Shown: one piece after another, positions 61,020-64,000 of the stretch | Layout: the number at the start of each line of letters is the position of its first letter | Position numbering within the stretch: position 1 is the stretch's first letter | Assembly: GCA_030704615.1 (NCBI GenBank) | Contig: CM060733.1 | Location: 18,352,001 to 18,416,000, forward strand | Length of the DNA stretch: 64,000 nt | Direction of reading: 5' to 3' | Source of the DNA: Takakia lepidozioides | Lineage: Eukaryota > Plantae > Bryophyta | Made by a program: the position numbers and the translations under genes | The notes under the pieces: model-generated | What the model saw: only the letters and a program-made list of their open reading frames with translations | The model's database searches: none | Told to the model about the DNA's origin: nothing

Positions 61020-61875
61020 ACCCATGTCAAGCAATTGAGATCCATTGCTTGACCCAACACCTGGCGTCGTGATGCCTCTGACAGAGCTAGCACAGCTGTA
61101 GTGCGCCTGGCAAATCCCATTGCCCGCTCTCGCTCATCCGCATTGGGCTCCACCAATTGTTGTAGCACACTGTCCCAAATCAACCCAGGACCATTGTCTC
61201 AAAAAACATGAGACGAGGGAAAGCTCATGAGCGTAGGCAAGGCTGCACGTGGCTGCCCCACTCGATTTACCACTGCTAGAGGTAGACGGTCATCATGTCG
61301 CACCCTCTGTGGTTGCCTCCCTTGGTCCAAAATGCCCTCAACTGTGAGATTGGGTGGCCGTTGAATGGAATCATATGCTCTCTTGAGCAGCTTTGGTGGT
61401 GCAAGATTGGTCCACCACAATCGAGGTCGATACGCTCGTGATCCCACCGCTGCTGCATCCAATAGCACCGCCGATCCAATCCAAGACCGCACCTGATGCA
61501 CACTGGCCATAACCCTGGCCTGAGAGTCCCCCATAAGAGGAACATTCTCCAAGATATAAGCTAGAGGTTGCACTTGCCCCGTCTGCAAGTCACGCAACAC
61601 TCTCAACATCTCCCAAAACAAATGCGATCGTGCATCATGCAAGCCATTCCCATGACCTGCGGGAGAGTGTCATTGGCAAGGCCATCCAGCTATCACCAAG
61701 AGGCAACAACTCAGAATATCGGTGTGTGAGCAAGACGATGTGGCGCATAAAAATACGCCGAGCTATCTCATCATTCTCCACATACAAGTACTTGCGTACT
61801 TTAATCCCTGCTTGCAACACTCCTGTAAGCCTAGTGCTCATGCCTCCAAACAGGTCTAGCAAACAAATCCCTGAG
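61020..61875 (-). pseudogene. G4 C5 DNA methyltransferase domain, disrupted
   Basis: LLDLFGGM, LVIAGWPCQ followed by TGA, YILENV, AYRPRLWWTNL, ERERAMGF, RRQVLGQAM; deletion between motifs II and IV. Confidence 0.92.
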
Positions 61876-62289
61876 TCAGATGGTTGCCAGGTAATGGGCA
61901 CTGTGACCAAAGGAGCTAATTGAGGAGGTCCGGGTGATGTCACTGAACTCCCCTCACTCATCAATGGAAAGGCCTCCTGCCATGCTGGGTGCACACTCTC
62001 GCCTGCTATTCGCTGCAAATTCCCAACCGTACCCCACAGTGGAATATGTACAGGCACATGAGGAAGCAAATCAGCCTTGTATGCCATTTGTTTGTCCTCA
62101 TCAGATGGTGGTCTATCATCTGCATGGCTATTTCCCTCCAAGAACTCACCACCCCAAGCCACCACCCCTGAGAATGCAGCCAATGTGGGCATCATGTTCC
62201 TATGATCCACCGCTACATTCCCAATAAACCTCACTGGGAGCAGTGCACGTCGGCCATCCCCTGATTGCCACTCCGGCCTATAGGATGTC

Positions 62290-62562
62290 GTTTCCTCCCA
62301 AAAGTCCAGAGTAAATCCCATTGGGTATAACACAGCCCCACCAACAAGCACATCATAGGACATCGCGTCTGTAACAATGGCTTTAGCTCTCATGACTGAG
62401 CCATCCGTAAGATGATCCGACTACAATCGAATGAAGAGCTCATGGCGTGTAATCCCTCGTGTCTTCTCTGAACCGCCCAAAAATGTTTGAATTTGGAAAG
62501 GGCAAGGCTCCAAATCCGCCTCTGTAAGGCCCAAGCCTGCAATTGTTGTTCTTCCCAACATC
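62290..62562 (-). pseudogene. G4 protease, C-terminal part
   Basis: EPCPFQIQT, YDVLVGG; sequence upstream of 62563 is lost. Confidence 0.8.
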
Positions 62563-63950
62563 AAGCTCATGTTTGGTATACTAACAGAGGTATAGTCTCA
62601 CATTAGGGTTCACATATGGTGATACCTCAGCAAAGGTATAGTCAAAAGGACAAGCTCATGTTTGGTATACTAACAGAGGTATAGTCTGAGCATATACTAC
62701 TAGGGTTTGTAATGAAGAGCTAGAATGCAAGTCATTGACTTCTATGCTTCTACTCAAGCAAAAATATGGTCTCTAGGTGGTCATAAGAGGCATCTTCTTG
62801 CTCTCTTCCACCCCAATGTGCAACCAAGAGTGGTCCAACTCAACTTGCAAGTCATTGTCCACCAAATCAATCCCTTTTCTAGTCCTTGGGATTTGATTGC
62901 AAACTACCATATCTCCATTGTCGAGCAATCATGCATTTGTCTCCTCATCACTTGACAATTGCTCCAAATCAACACAAATTATCTCAATGTGTAGGAGCAA
63001 TGCTTGTCACTTACAATAATGCTCCCAAGCAATCCGCCTTGGATCCCACTCTCATGCCATATGCCTCATTTGGGGTCTTGCACCAATCCATCATCCATGT
63101 GCTCCCCTTGGTCATTTGAATGCATGTTCCATGATCTCTTGGCCTATGTGTTGCTCTCCTTCATCATAACATGAATCAACACCTCTCCACTTCACACACA
63201 AATGGATTTCAAAGGCCTTCACCTCTTACTAGTTCAAGAGCTCCCCTTCTCAAACTTGAACTTACAAACTCAAGCGAGCATGTTCCACACATGCACCACT
63301 TACTTGGTCAACTATCCACCACAAAGCTTGCACTACCAAGAGCATGAATAGCCAAGTATTGCCTCCCCCTCTTGTCACATTACATAGTTAGGGTGAAACT
63401 ATGCATACATTGAATGATGATTTCCCTTCAAGGATTTCCCACCACATGTTCTCCAAGCCCTTCCAATGGCACCCTAAGCTTGGCTCCACACCACCATGAT
63501 TGGAAGATTTCTTCACATGCTCCCTTTCAAAACCTCTTGAGCTTCTTAGTGCTCTCCAAGTGCTTGCCCTTGTTGTCTTCAAGCCCAAGCATATATAGCT
63601 CCTTGGCTTCTCTTCCACAATATCCACACTTTGAACTTGCTTAACCCTAGCTTGATAGTGAAATGAGCACTAACAAGCCTTTAGTCACTCTCCACAAGCC
63701 ATGGCACACACCATTGACTCCATAATGCATACAAAGGATTCTCAAACCCTAGAATCCATCCTTGCAAAATCTTGTGACTCAAGAACTTTCTTCTCAAGCT
63801 CTCCAACTCTTTGGTGCATGCAATACTCGAGCACATTTCCTTGCAACCCCTTGCAAGCCTTGTGATACAAGAGCTAAATTCTCCTAGCTCTCAACCTCTT
63901 TAACATACAAGTGCAAAACTAATCCTTACACTCCGCACTCACAAGCATAA

Positions 63951-63966
63951 GCTGATCTTCTTGTAG
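63951..63966 (-). promoter_or_regulatory. G4 self-complementary primer-binding site
   Basis: GCTGATCTTCTTGTAG on + abuts repeat A at 63967; 15/16 complement of the subfamily II LTR segment at 47900-47915. Confidence 0.75.
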
Positions 63967-64000
63967 TGATAAGAGATGAGAAATGAGAGAAGTAGAAGAC

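Larger units (their letters stand above)
51693..64000 (-). mobile_element. G4: DNMT-Gypsy copy (subfamily II), gag deleted, interrupted by a Pack-CACTA; 3' end B1-GC-A-B2; 5' repeat A runs off-window
   Basis: B2 51693-51777, A 51779-52199, B1 52202-52273, PPT 52276-52286. 63967-64000 is identical (34/34) to 51779-51812. PBS 63951-63966. Confidence 0.92.

Overview
Transposon-dense land-plant DNA. PLS-type PPR fragments suggest a land plant, possibly a seed-free lineage, but the species cannot be determined. There is no intact host gene. Most of the window is four nested, decayed copies (G1 1-7650 +, G2 7651-48093 -, G3 13059-47240 -, G4 51693->64000 -) of an unusual Ty3/Gypsy family in two subfamilies (G1/G3 and G2/G4). 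Its polyprotein is Gag(2x Zn knuckle)-protease-DNMT3-like C5 cytosine methyltransferase-RT-RNase H-DDE integrase-PHD finger. The termini are the main discovery. The LTR defined by the PPT and PBS is a composite B-GC-A with an internal palindrome GACA-GC-TGTC. The genomic copies are circularly permuted at that palindrome: A-internal-B-A-B (G1, G4) or A-internal-B (G3, with a target duplication). This is what integration of 2-LTR and 1-LTR circles would give. The PBS is not a tRNA complement. It is a 14-16 nt complement of a segment inside the LTR that covaries between subfamilies, suggesting Tf1-like self-priming. Also present: a full-length Athila/Tat-like Gypsy element (27625-41001, 5-bp TSD) with a 1324-codon extra 3' ORF, a Pack-CACTA (54376-59342, TSD CAT) carrying a PPR fragment, CACTA transposase remnants, more PPR fragments and minisatellites. 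Many single-base indels (about 13-30 kb and 41-46 kb) may be sequencing errors. All alignments and domain calls were made by eye.
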